Positions 31,743-41,340 of a stretch of DNA of 64,000 bases are shown in pieces. This DNA comes from Acidobacteriota bacterium. Lineage in GTDB: Bacteria; Acidobacteriota; UBA890; WLXD01. The stretch is from contig CBDBHB010000009.1 of assembly GCA_965205505.1 (NCBI GenBank), positions 2,304,001-2,368,000 of the forward strand. The letters are read 5' to 3'. The translations under genes and the position numbers were made by a program. Each line of letters starts with the position of its first letter. The stretch's first letter is position 1. The notes under the pieces were generated by a model. That model saw only the letters and a list, made by a program, of their open reading frames with translations, did no database searches and was not told the DNA's origin.

Positions 31743-32416
31743 TCCGCGCGTTCCACGTTACCAAGCGCTACGGCAGCGTCACCGCGCTGCGCGACGTCAA
31801 CGTGCAGATTCGGCCCGGCGAGTTCGTGTTCCTCACCGGGGCCAGCGGTGCTGGTAAGACAAGTTTGCTCCGCTTGTTGTACCGCGCGGAGCTGCCAACG
31901 AGTGGTCAGCTGCTCGTCGACGGGCGCAATGTCGCCAGCCTCAAGCGCCGCGAAGTGCCACCGTTCCGACGACGTATCGGCCTCGTGTTCCAGGATGCGC
32001 GCCTGATCGAGGATCGCAGCGCGGTGGAGAACGTCGCTTTCGTAGGCCGCGTGCTGGGTCTGTCACGTGGCGAGGCCGGGCGGCGCGCGGCAGAGCTGTT
32101 GAAGCTCACGGGTGTCGAACACCGGGCCGATCTCTATCCGGCGCAGTTGTCGGCCGGTGAGCAGCAGCGCGTCGGGTTGTCTCGTGCACTGATGTCGGCG
32201 CCGGCGCTGCTGTTGGCCGATGAGCCTACGGGCAACCTGGATCCGGATACGGCCATCGATATGTTGCGCATTTTCCGAGCCATCAACCGGCGCGGCACGA
32301 CCGTTGTGCTGGCAACGCATGATCCAGACATGATCGCGGCTCTGGGTCGGCGCACCTTGCTCATCGAGCAGGGGCGATTGCGCTCCCTCGATCGACGTCA
32401 CGCCGCCGCGGGATGA
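31739..32416 (+). CDS. ftsE: cell division ATP-binding protein FtsE
   Basis: GASGAGKT, RRRIGLVFQD, LSAGEQQRV, LLADEPTGNLDP; followed by ftsX. Confidence 0.92.
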   Translation: MIRAFHVTKRYGSVTALRDVNVQIRPGEFVFLTGASGAGKTSLLRLLYRAELPTSGQLLVDGRNVASLKRREVPPFRRRIGLVFQDARLIEDRSAVENVAFVGRVLGLSRGEAGRRAAELLKLTGVEHRADLYPAQLSAGEQQRVGLSRALMSAPALLLADEPTGNLDPDTAIDMLRIFRAINRRGTTVVLATHDPDMIAALGRRTLLIEQGRLRSLDRRHAAAG

Positions 32417-33330
32417 CCGTGAACCTCCGGCACCAAATTGGCCTCTGCTGCGAGGAAGCCGCTCGCAGCCTGTGGTTCCACCGTAGAGTGGTGGCCCCGG
32501 CTCTTGTCGTGATGATCGTGTCGCTCACCGTCCTTGGCGCGTTCGTATTGGTTTCGGAGAACCTGAACGATGTGCTGACCAGCTGGCGCGAGCGGGGACA
32601 GCTGCAGGTGTTCATGCTGCCGGAAGCGGACGACGCCGATCGGACGCACATTGAGACCGAGCTGCGGGAAACGCCCGCTGTCGAAGAGTTCCACTACGTC
32701 AGTTCAGACGACGCGGCGGAGCTGTTCCGCGCCGACTTCGCTGAATTGGGCGAAGTTCTCGGTCTTCTGGAGGACAACCCGCTGCCGGCTTCGTACACGG
32801 TGACCATCGTTCCCTCCATGCGCAGCGAGCGCGTGCTCGAACGACTCTCCGAACAGCTTGCTGACCTGCCGACGGTAGAAGGGGTGCAATACGACCTGCA
32901 GATCATCGGTCGCCTGGAGCTCGGCGTGCGCGCGCTGCGGATAGTCGGGGTGCTCCTGGGAGGTACCGTGCTGATGGCGGCGGTAGTTACGACGGCGAAC
33001 GTTATTCGTGTTCTCGTCGTTACACGGCGGAGAGAGATCGAAACGATGCGGCTGGTGGGCGCCTCGGAATCGATCGTAGTCGGCCGCTTCCTGGCGGAGG
33101 GAGCTCTACAGGGCTTGATCGCTGGCGTGGTCTCGGTAGTCGTCCTGTACATCGTCTACAGCGTCGGGTTGTCGTACCTGGACCGGGAGTCCCTAGGGTT
33201 TCTGGCCGCGCTGCCGCTACGGTTTCTAGGTGCTGCCTGGACGTTGGGGCTGGTGGTCGGGGGAACTGCTACCGGCGTGGCGGGCTCCTGGCTGGCCTTC
33301 GGCCCGGGCGGTGTGCGGTCGGAGATGTGA
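32413..33330 (+). CDS. ftsX: cell division permease FtsX
   Basis: TM1, periplasmic domain with NPLPASY, RRREIETMRLVGA, FLAEG. Confidence 0.9.
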   Translation: MTVNLRHQIGLCCEEAARSLWFHRRVVAPALVVMIVSLTVLGAFVLVSENLNDVLTSWRERGQLQVFMLPEADDADRTHIETELRETPAVEEFHYVSSDDAAELFRADFAELGEVLGLLEDNPLPASYTVTIVPSMRSERVLERLSEQLADLPTVEGVQYDLQIIGRLELGVRALRIVGVLLGGTVLMAAVVTTANVIRVLVVTRRREIETMRLVGASESIVVGRFLAEGALQGLIAGVVSVVVLYIVYSVGLSYLDRESLGFLAALPLRFLGAAWTLGLVVGGTATGVAGSWLAFGPGGVRSEM

Positions 33331-33336
33331 CCGGTC

Positions 33337-35754
33337 ATGGCGTCGATGTGTGGAGTTACCGGAGCGTCGCGGCGGGTCCTGGAGCTCGACCTGGTGCTCG
33401 ACCAGGTCGCCGGCAACGCCCAGTCGAGCCTGGGCGCGGATCGCATCCGCGCTCTCGAGCCGACCCCGGACGTTGAGGAAGCCGAGCGCCGGCAAGACGC
33501 TGTCGAGCAGGCGCGAGACTTCGCTGCTGCGCATGGCCTCGTCGCGCTGGCTGCCGCGTCGCCGATCGATGTCGAGCTGGCGGCGGTAGCGACGGCGGGA
33601 ATCGTGCTCGAGCCGGCGGCCCTGCTGCGAGTCGCTGCCACGGCGAGGGTCTGTACGGAGCTCCGCCAGCACTATCTGGCGGATACCGAGCGCTGGCCAG
33701 CGCTAGCAGCGCTCGTCGGGCAGGCACCCTCGCTGCGTCCGCTCTGCGACCAAATCGATCGGCTGATCGATGCGGAAGGGCAGGTGCGCGACGATGCCTC
33801 GCCGGAGCTACGGCGCATTCGACGGCGAACGCAGCGGCAGCGCGCCGGCCTGCGCAGTCGGCTCGAGAAGCTGACCCGCGATCCGGATCTCGGCGATGTG
33901 CTACAGGACGCGCTGGTAACCGAGCGCGGTGGTCGTATGGTGGTGCCGGTGAGGTCCGGCCAGCGCGATCGGCTACCCGGCGTCGTGCACGACGCCTCGT
34001 CGTCTGGTCAGACGATCTTCGTGGAACCGCTCGATGTTCTGGACGATCAGAACCGCGTCGCCGAGCTCGTCGCCGCGGAGCGCTCCGAGGTTCGACGCTT
34101 GCTGACGGAAGCGAGCGCCCACGTCGGTGCGGCGCGCGAGGCGCTGGTCGTTGCTCAGGCAACCGTCGCTGCTGCTGATGCCCTGCAGGCGACGGCGCGG
34201 TACGCCGAAGCGGAGCGCGCCGTGCGACCGCAATGGACGGCCAGCGGCCTGAGGCTGCGGGGCGCCAGACACCCGCTGCTAGCATCCGCGAGCGTTGTTC
34301 CGTTGGACCTGGAGATCCCGGCTGGAGTCGCCGCGCTGATCATTACGGGCCCCAACACGGGCGGAAAAACCGTGGCGCTCAAGACCATCGGCCTGCTGGC
34401 GGCGATGGCGCAGAGCGGCCTGCCGGTGCCGGCCACGGAGGCCAAGCTGGCGATCTTCCCGCGCATTCACGCGGACATAGGCGACGAGCAGAGCGTTACC
34501 GCCAACCTCTCGACATTCTCCGGCCACCTACGCCATATCGTGGATTTCGTGGGCGACTGCCCGGTCGGCTCGCTCGTGTTGCTCGACGAGCTCGGCACGG
34601 GCACCGATCCGGCGGAAGGCGCGGCGCTCGGGATCGCGCTGGTCGAGCATTTCTTACAGGCCGGGGCAGTGGTAGTGGTGTCGACGCATCACGATGCCCT
34701 CAAGTCGTTCGCCCACCGGCGTGACGACGTGTTGAACGCGGCGATGGAGTTCGATTCCGAGACCCTGGCCCCGACCTACCGCGTCAGACTGGGTAGGCCG
34801 GGCCGGAGCAACGCGCTGGAGATCGCGGCGCGCCACGGAGTCGATGCGACGCTCATCGAACGGGCCAAGGGGCTATTGGCGTCGGATGCAGTGCAGCTCG
34901 ACGCGGTTATCCGCGACCTGGAGTCGGATACTCGTGCAGTCGAACGGGAGCGCGACGAGTTGGCGGCGCAACGCGCGCTGCTGGCTGAGGAGCGTGCGCG
35001 GCTGGAACGTCTCGATGGTGAGCGCGTCGAGGCGCAGCATGCCTTCGAACGCGACGCCGACGAGGCGGTGAAGCAGGCCGTCGAGGCGTTGCGTCGGCGG
35101 GGAGAGGGAAAGCTCGCGGAGCTCGAGACAGGTTCAGAAGTGGGGTCGGAGCTGGCGCGTGCCGACCGCCGGGCGAGATGGGCGGCGAGCGCCGGCCAGC
35201 TGCATGCCGAAGCTCGACGTACGGTACGCGAGAGCCTGAGCGGCCAACGGCGGACCGCGGCTCCAGCGCCGACCGAGCTCGAGCCTGACCTGGGCGCGCT
35301 CGAACGCGGCGAGACAGTACGCGTCGCCCCCTTCGGTCTCGGCGGCGCGGTTCTCCGAGCGTGGGCGCCGGACACTGACGACGCGTCGGCGATCGAGGTC
35401 GGTGTTGACGGCAAGCGTCTGGTCGTGCGCCGTGATCAGATCACGCGCGATACCCAGGGTCGGAAACGACGGCGATCGCGTTCTACCGCCTACCAGCGGC
35501 GCCCTGAGGTGGGCGGAGAGATCGATCTGCACGGCAAGCGAGTGGAGGAGGCCATCGCAGAGGTGGAGAGGTACCTCGACGACGCGGTGCTCACGGGGTT
35601 GCCCGAACTGCGCTTGATCCACGGCTTCGGCAAGCTGCGGCTGCGCGACGCGATCCACCGCTACCTTAGCGGCCGCCCCGACGTGGTGCGCTTCGCTACC
35701 GCCGATCCGATGAGCGGCGGCGGTGGGGTAACGATCGTCAGGCTGGAGGGCTGA
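33337..35754 (+). CDS. mutS2: endonuclease MutS2 (Smr domain)
   Basis: HDASSSGQTIFVEP, ITGPNTGGKT, DIGDEQS..NLSTFSGH, LDELGTGTDP, IDLHG...IHGFG. Confidence 0.95.
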   Translation: MASMCGVTGASRRVLELDLVLDQVAGNAQSSLGADRIRALEPTPDVEEAERRQDAVEQARDFAAAHGLVALAAASPIDVELAAVATAGIVLEPAALLRVAATARVCTELRQHYLADTERWPALAALVGQAPSLRPLCDQIDRLIDAEGQVRDDASPELRRIRRRTQRQRAGLRSRLEKLTRDPDLGDVLQDALVTERGGRMVVPVRSGQRDRLPGVVHDASSSGQTIFVEPLDVLDDQNRVAELVAAERSEVRRLLTEASAHVGAAREALVVAQATVAAADALQATARYAEAERAVRPQWTASGLRLRGARHPLLASASVVPLDLEIPAGVAALIITGPNTGGKTVALKTIGLLAAMAQSGLPVPATEAKLAIFPRIHADIGDEQSVTANLSTFSGHLRHIVDFVGDCPVGSLVLLDELGTGTDPAEGAALGIALVEHFLQAGAVVVVSTHHDALKSFAHRRDDVLNAAMEFDSETLAPTYRVRLGRPGRSNALEIAARHGVDATLIERAKGLLASDAVQLDAVIRDLESDTRAVERERDELAAQRALLAEERARLERLDGERVEAQHAFERDADEAVKQAVEALRRRGEGKLAELETGSEVGSELARADRRARWAASAGQLHAEARRTVRESLSGQRRTAAPAPTELEPDLGALERGETVRVAPFGLGGAVLRAWAPDTDDASAIEVGVDGKRLVVRRDQITRDTQGRKRRRSRSTAYQRRPEVGGEIDLHGKRVEEAIAEVERYLDDAVLTGLPELRLIHGFGKLRLRDAIHRYLSGRPDVVRFATADPMSGGGGVTIVRLEG

Positions 35755-35756
35755 GC

Positions 35757-37559
35757 ATGGCCTGGCCGCGTTCCTTTATCGACGAGGTAAAGCGCTCCGC
35801 CGATCCGGTGCGACTGATCGGCGAGGTGGTGGCGTTGAAGAAGCGCGGTACGCGCTGGGTAGGGTTGTGCCCCTTCCACCAGGAGAAGACCCCGTCGTTC
35901 ACCGTGAACGACGAGGGCCTGTGGCATTGCTTTGGCTGCGGCGAGGGTGGCGATTTGTTCAAGTTCGTGCAACAGCACGAAGGCATCGACTTCGCCGAAG
36001 CGGTGCGCAGCTTGGCGGAGGTGGGCGGAGTCGCGATCCCCGAGTCGAGCCGCGGACCCGGCCAGCAAGGCCCAAAGGTCGATCGAGAGCGAATCCTCCA
36101 GGCTTTGCGCGCCGCCGCGGAATTCTATGTCGCCGAGCTTGAGGGCAAGCGCGGTACCGCGGCGCGCGCCTATCTGACCGAGCGAGGCTTCGAAGAGGCG
36201 GTTGTCTCGAGATTCGGGCTCGGCTTCGCGCCCGGCGGATGGAACACGCTGCAGAACGCGCTCGAGAAGCGCGGCTTCACGATCGCCGAGCTGGAACTGG
36301 CTGGCCTGGTGCGCAAGCGTGCCGATGGTAGCGGCGTCTACGACTTGCTACGCGAACGAGTGGTGTTTCCGATTAGCGACAACCGCGGCCGACCCATCGC
36401 CTTTAGCGGCCGCGTGCTCGGGGAGGGTGAGCCCAAATACCTCAACTCTCCCGAGACGCCGGTGTTCAACAAGAGCCGGACGCTCTACGGCCTGCGCGAG
36501 GCGCGAGACGGTATCCGCCAGACGGGGTTCGTCATGCTAGTCGAGGGCCAGCTCGACCTGCTGGCCTGTGCCAAGCACGGGTTCACCAACGTCGTTGCCC
36601 CGCTCGGCACGGCGTTCACGGCGGAGCACGCTCGGGCGTTGTCGTCGCACACCGCCAAGGCGGTGATCGCGTTCGATGGCGACAACGCCGGGCACGCCGC
36701 CGCCGAGCGCACCGTGGGCGTGTTTCTGCCGGCCGGGTTCCAGGTCACGGTGGTGAAGTTGCCGAGTGGGCAGGACCCCGACTCCTTCCTGAGCGATCGC
36801 GGCGCCGAGGGCCTGTCGGAGGCGCTGCGGAGATCGTTTCCGGCGCTCAGCTTCCTGGTCGCCAGGGCAGCCGACCGCGGCGACCTGCGAAGCCCGCAGG
36901 GCAAGGCGCAAGCGCTCACGTCGTTGCTCGGTTTCGTGCTCGACGTCGAAGACCGTGTGGAGCGCGCCGAGTGGATCGGTCGCATCGGCGACGCGTTGGA
37001 AATCTCCCGCCATCTGGTCGAGTGTAGCTTCTCGGAGCTCCGCCAGCGCTCGCGCCGTCGGCGCGGCGGCCCTCCCGACGAGCATCCCGTGACGGCGCCC
37101 TCGGCGGCCGCCCGGCTCGCCGAAATCCCGGTCGCAGAACGTGACCTAGCTCGCGCGTTGCTCACCCATCCCGATTGGTTGTCGGAGCTTCAGTCGATCT
37201 ATGGCGATGGGATCACCGACTTGCGGGTCGAAGCGTTGATGGCTGCGCTCCAGGCCGCCGGCGCGTTGCCCGAACACGTCGAGGATCTGCTCGACGGCTG
37301 CGAGGTCGAAGGAGCCTCGCAGCTGCTCACCAGGCTGGTGCTCGACGAGAGCGAGGAGTTGAGCCGAGCCTATGCGGTGAGCTGTGCCGAGGCGATTCGC
37401 CGGGGCGCGCTGGCTCGAGAGCTGCGCAGCTTGCAGAGGCAGATCGAGGCGATGCAGCAATCCGGCGAGGGTGAGATCGATGTGCTCGACGGCCGTAAGA
37501 TGGCCGTCGCCCGGGAGCTCAGGGCCCTGAAGTCGGTAGCGAACGATCCCAGCGGTTAG
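35757..37559 (+). CDS. dnaG: DNA primase
   Basis: CPFHQEKTPSF...HCFGC zinc finger, PKYLNSPETPVFNK, TOPRIM VEG..D and FDGDNAG. Confidence 0.97.
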   Translation: MAWPRSFIDEVKRSADPVRLIGEVVALKKRGTRWVGLCPFHQEKTPSFTVNDEGLWHCFGCGEGGDLFKFVQQHEGIDFAEAVRSLAEVGGVAIPESSRGPGQQGPKVDRERILQALRAAAEFYVAELEGKRGTAARAYLTERGFEEAVVSRFGLGFAPGGWNTLQNALEKRGFTIAELELAGLVRKRADGSGVYDLLRERVVFPISDNRGRPIAFSGRVLGEGEPKYLNSPETPVFNKSRTLYGLREARDGIRQTGFVMLVEGQLDLLACAKHGFTNVVAPLGTAFTAEHARALSSHTAKAVIAFDGDNAGHAAAERTVGVFLPAGFQVTVVKLPSGQDPDSFLSDRGAEGLSEALRRSFPALSFLVARAADRGDLRSPQGKAQALTSLLGFVLDVEDRVERAEWIGRIGDALEISRHLVECSFSELRQRSRRRRGGPPDEHPVTAPSAAARLAEIPVAERDLARALLTHPDWLSELQSIYGDGITDLRVEALMAALQAAGALPEHVEDLLDGCEVEGASQLLTRLVLDESEELSRAYAVSCAEAIRRGALARELRSLQRQIEAMQQSGEGEIDVLDGRKMAVARELRALKSVANDPSG

Positions 37560-37566
37560 AAAACGG

Positions 37567-38952
37567 TCAGAAGCGGCCGCGGCCGATCGCGTAGACCAGG
37601 AAGCCGGCCAGTATTCCGGGAAGAATCTCGTAGATCGAGGCGGGATCGCCGAAAGCCCGCCACAGCAGCATGACCGCCAGGGCGACTGCCATCATGGTGA
37701 TCCCCAGCCGATTGCTGACCGGCTTGCCAAGGGCGCGCAGCGCCAGCAAGGGACCCAGGGTGCCGCCCAACGCCGACCATGACAGCACTACCAGGTCGAA
37801 CACACTCTGACCGCCAGAGAACACGAACAGCACAACACCGGCGGTGACCAGCAGCGTTCCCAGCTTCGTCTTGGCGTATGAAGAGCCCCAGTGCGGCGCC
37901 AGGTCCTGGGTCAGCGCTGCCGAGCAGGCAAGGATCAGCGAGTCTGCCGTTGAGATCGTCGCTGCGAACACCCCAGCGAGGATGAAGCCCACCATGACCT
38001 CCGGCAGCAATAGCTGAGCAAGGTGGGGCAACCCGAGCTCCGGATCGAACTCCTCGACCACCGGAAGGAGCACCCGCGCGGCGAGGCCGACGGTAATCGC
38101 GGCGGCGGAAAACAGACTGTAGTATGTGGTGTAGATGCGCCGAGCCAGCCCGATGTGGTCGCTGGAATTGATCGTCATCGGCCGGATCATCACATGCGGC
38201 TGGCCCAGGACGCCGATGCCGGCGGCTACCCAGCTGATCAGAAATAGCGCGAAGCCGTACTGTAGATTGGCCGGTCTCCAGTCGATCAAAGTCGGATCGA
38301 TCGCCGCGAGTTGCCGCCACATCTCGCCGAAGCCGCCGATCTCTGTCAGCGCCACCGCCAACAGCACGAACATCGCCACGAACATCACCGAGGCCTGAGC
38401 ACCGTCGGTCCAGATGGAGGCGCGAATGCCGCCCGCAAAGCAGTAGGTGACCACGATCGCCGCGCCCAACAGTGTGCCGACGCTGTAGTCCCAACCGAAG
38501 AGCACCGAGAGAGCCTTGCTGCCGGCGGTAAGCTGCGCCCCGGCGTACGTACCCAGAAAGATCATGCTCGAGAGCGCTGCCACCGAGACGATTCCCCGCT
38601 GGCGCTCCCCGGTCTCTGACGTTCCGAGAAAACGTGTGACGCTGCTGGCGCCAACGCGCTCGCTGCGTTCTCGCAGTGGCTTGTGAATCGTTCGCCACGC
38701 CAGATAGTCGCCGAACACCCAGCCCACCATGATCCACATGGACGACAGCCCGACGGCATACGTGGCACCGATGAGCCCGATGAACATGAAGCCGCTGTTG
38801 GCGGTGGAAACCGCCGAGAGTGCGACGAGCCATGGCCCGACCTCGCGCCCGGCCAGCAGGTAGTCGTCGGTCGTCTGCTTGCGACGCGTCGACGAATAGA
38901 TGCCGATGGCGAGGAACCCCAACAAGAAAAACAGAAAGCTTGTCGCAATCAC
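37567..38952 (-). CDS. Na+/solute symporter (SSS family, PutP-like)
   Basis: DDYLLAGR, ALSAVSTANSGFMFIG, GGIRASIWTD, GQPHVMIR, FAATISTADS. Confidence 0.88.
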   Translation of the reverse strand: MIATSFLFFLLGFLAIGIYSSTRRKQTTDDYLLAGREVGPWLVALSAVSTANSGFMFIGLIGATYAVGLSSMWIMVGWVFGDYLAWRTIHKPLRERSERVGASSVTRFLGTSETGERQRGIVSVAALSSMIFLGTYAGAQLTAGSKALSVLFGWDYSVGTLLGAAIVVTYCFAGGIRASIWTDGAQASVMFVAMFVLLAVALTEIGGFGEMWRQLAAIDPTLIDWRPANLQYGFALFLISWVAAGIGVLGQPHVMIRPMTINSSDHIGLARRIYTTYYSLFSAAAITVGLAARVLLPVVEEFDPELGLPHLAQLLLPEVMVGFILAGVFAATISTADSLILACSAALTQDLAPHWGSSYAKTKLGTLLVTAGVVLFVFSGGQSVFDLVVLSWSALGGTLGPLLALRALGKPVSNRLGITMMAVALAVMLLWRAFGDPASIYEILPGILAGFLVYAIGRGRF

Positions 38953-38974
38953 CAGGCCGTGTGCTCCTCGCGTC

Positions 38975-39159
38975 TCAACACTTCAACCGTGCGCCGTCAG
39001 GGTCGAGCAGTGACTCGGCAACGACGCTCGCTGGGTACGGCTCGCCGAAGTACTCGACCTCGCCATTGCCTCCCACCCGTGCATGGGTCGCGGGAAGATA
39101 GCTGTATGCGATCTGCTTTTCCACCGTGTAGCCGCTGTTGGCGTCACGTAACCAATGGC
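38975..39159 (-). pseudogene. C-terminal remnant of a GcvT-family (dimethylglycine/sarcosine dehydrogenase-type) protein
   Basis: AIGYVT/(frameshift)/ANSGYTVEKQIAYSYLPATHARVGGNGEVEYFGEPYPASVVAESLLDPDGARLKC*. Confidence 0.7.
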
Positions 39160-39311
39160 AGGCCGGCGGCGCAGCGGAGCTTATCAGCCACCACGGAGAG
39201 GAGGTATTGCGGAGCTACGCAGGCCGACCGCCATGCCATCCCAACCCAGTTAGAATGAGGTTAGGCGCTCGGCCTCCGGTCAGCCCGGCTTGCCGCCAAG
39301 CACCTCACGCA

Positions 39312-39385
39312 GGGCCCTTAGCTCAGTTGGTCAGAGCCGCCGGCTCATAACCGGTAGGTCCCAGGTTCGAGTCCTGGAGGGCCCA
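39312..39385 (+). tRNA. tRNA with CAT anticodon, most likely tRNA-Ile2 (lysidine)
   Basis: GGGCCCTTAGCTCAGTTGGTCAGAGCCGCCGGCTCATAACCGGTAGGTCCCAGGTTCGAGTCCTGGAGGGCCCA; lacks initiator features and resembles ileX-type tRNAs. Confidence 0.92.
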
Positions 39386-39416
39386 CTCGTAAACAACTTG
39401 AATCAGAACCACTTAG

Positions 39417-39440
39417 GGCGAGCCATGCGCTCGCCGTTTT
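39417..39440 (+). terminator. intrinsic terminator after the tRNA
   Basis: GGCGAGC-CATGC-GCTCGCC followed by GTTTT. Confidence 0.55.
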
Positions 39441-39883
39441 GTGGCTCCAGAGACTAACTCACCCGTGGTCTACAGCAAGAGAAGCTGCTAGTGTCCGCTC
39501 ATCATCGGCGTTCCGGGCATCAGTCCGAGAATTGCTCGTCGAGCGTTACGACGCTCAGGTTGATCGATCGAACCGACGCTCGGGACCCGGCCCTCATGGA
39601 GCTGGGTGTGTTCGACCCACCCTGAGCGCACCATGCTCCGTGAAAACTTGCGAGGTGCGCCATGCAAACGGAGCGGCCTTACCGTCCCGCTTGTCCTGTC
39701 CGGCCTGGCGATCTACGCCTGCGGTAACAACACCGTTGCGCCAGATCCCTCTGATACCGGAGTTCGATCCGTCAGATCCAACGGCGGCGATTCGAGCACG
39801 TACGTCAGCTCGAGGCCGGCACAGTGATCCGGGCGTAAAACCGGGTGCCTTCAGTCCCTCCATCCTAAGAAGGAGAAGGTCAA

Positions 39884-41215
39884 ATGATTCGAACAAACCG
39901 ACGAAGCTTTCTAGGCGCCGTTGTCGGATCGACTGCGGCAGCGACAGCCGGGTGTGCGCTGAGCACCACGACGCAGCAGACAAGTGGGGCCCGCGGTAAT
40001 CCCTTCGCTGCGGTCACGGATATCGAGGAAGACCTGCGCCGGATTCCGAGCGACCAGTATCCGCTACCGTTCTCCGAGCAAGAGTACGGTAGTCGACTCA
40101 CCCGCTGTCGAGAAATGATGTCACAGATGGGGATCGATCTGTTGTTGCTCACCTGGCCCGAGAGTCACTGCTACCTCCACGGCTACGAGGTGACTTGGTA
40201 TCGAACCTTCTGGACTCCGCTGATCACGACTGCAGTCCATGTCGACGAGGACAGGCTCATCTTTTACGACGGCGAGAGCGCGGTGCCGTCTGCTGCGACG
40301 GATCGAAGGCGTTACGAAGGTGGCCGCAGCGCTAAGGCTCTTGTCGATGACCTTCAGAGTGAAGGTTGGCTGAAAGAGGGCACGGTCGTCGGGATGGAGT
40401 ACGAGAGCTATCTGCCTACCCCGGCGATCAGCCGGCAGTTAGACGCGGCGTGCCAGGAGAAGGGGGCAAAGATCGTTGATGCCAGCGCCATCATGCGGAC
40501 GATCCGCAACATCAAGTCGCCGGCGGAGATCGCCGTCACGGAGCATGCGGCGCGTATTGCTGATATTGGCCATCGAGCCATTGCCGAGACGTTTCAGCCG
40601 GGCATGAGCCACCTGGAAGTGTATGCCGCAGCCATGCACGCGATGTACGTAGCGGGTGGTGAGATCGCTGGCATTCCCCAAGCGGTGCTTCCGGCGGAAC
40701 CGCGCAGCATCCATCTGTTGCCCTCCAGACGACAGATCCAGGCAGGCGAGGTGTTCGCGTTTGATCTTTGCGGAGTCTACAAGCGCTATCACGTCAATAT
40801 GGCGCGGACCTACATCTATGGCGATCCGAGTCCGCAACTAGTGCGACTCGAGCGCGCTGCCCGCGGTAGCTTCGACGTCGTAGAGCGTGAAGCAAAGGCG
40901 GGCACACCAATTGCCACTGTGAACGCGGCCCTGCGCGACTACTTTCAGGATCAAGGGCTGCGACCATCCGGTATCGGGTATGAAGTCGGGATCGGGTTTC
41001 CACCCGACTGGGTGGGCCACTTTGTCTTTCGCCCCAGAGAAGAGACGCCAGAAGGGAGCTTTGAGGAGAATATCGTGACGCAGTGGGAGACCACGTTCCG
41101 AGAGGAGGTCGGGGATCAGAGTATATTGGCCACCCACATCGACACCTATGTGATTGAGGAGGATGGCGCGCGCCGCTTGTCTGCAGTCCCACTCGACTTG
41201 GTTGTCATGGGGTGA
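39884..41215 (+). CDS. Tat-exported M24/creatinase-fold hydrolase (ectoine hydrolase DoeA-like)
   Basis: TNRRSFLG Tat motif with AGC lipobox; FSEQEY..RL, IKSPAEI, GYEVGIGFPPDW. Confidence 0.8.
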   Translation: MIRTNRRSFLGAVVGSTAAATAGCALSTTTQQTSGARGNPFAAVTDIEEDLRRIPSDQYPLPFSEQEYGSRLTRCREMMSQMGIDLLLLTWPESHCYLHGYEVTWYRTFWTPLITTAVHVDEDRLIFYDGESAVPSAATDRRRYEGGRSAKALVDDLQSEGWLKEGTVVGMEYESYLPTPAISRQLDAACQEKGAKIVDASAIMRTIRNIKSPAEIAVTEHAARIADIGHRAIAETFQPGMSHLEVYAAAMHAMYVAGGEIAGIPQAVLPAEPRSIHLLPSRRQIQAGEVFAFDLCGVYKRYHVNMARTYIYGDPSPQLVRLERAARGSFDVVEREAKAGTPIATVNAALRDYFQDQGLRPSGIGYEVGIGFPPDWVGHFVFRPREETPEGSFEENIVTQWETTFREEVGDQSILATHIDTYVIEEDGARRLSAVPLDLVVMG

Positions 41216-41234
41216 GTTCAGCCCGGGACGCACA

Positions 41235-41264
41235 ACCCACCACAACTTCACCACGGCCTGCTAG
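41235..41264 (+). repeat. IS-end-like motif ACCCACCACAACTTCACCACGGCCTGCTAG
   Basis: Shared with 53303-53328 and 60165-60194; shorter cores at 3154-3169 and 13345. Confidence 0.8.
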
Positions 41265-41340
41265 TCGGAGCAGCTAGGCAGATATTCGACTGGTTTCTGT
41301 CCTGGCATCGGCTTGTATAATGCCGTCTGGTTGCAGGTCG

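Noticed and set aside
31739-33330. FtsE as the missing ATPase of the ADOP permeases
   Set aside because: It is translationally coupled to a canonical ftsX in a core operon; nothing in the sequence links it to the ADOP genes
39606-39827. Small lipoprotein-like ORF (LAIYACGNN)
   Set aside because: No convincing start or RBS and too short to support; may be a remnant
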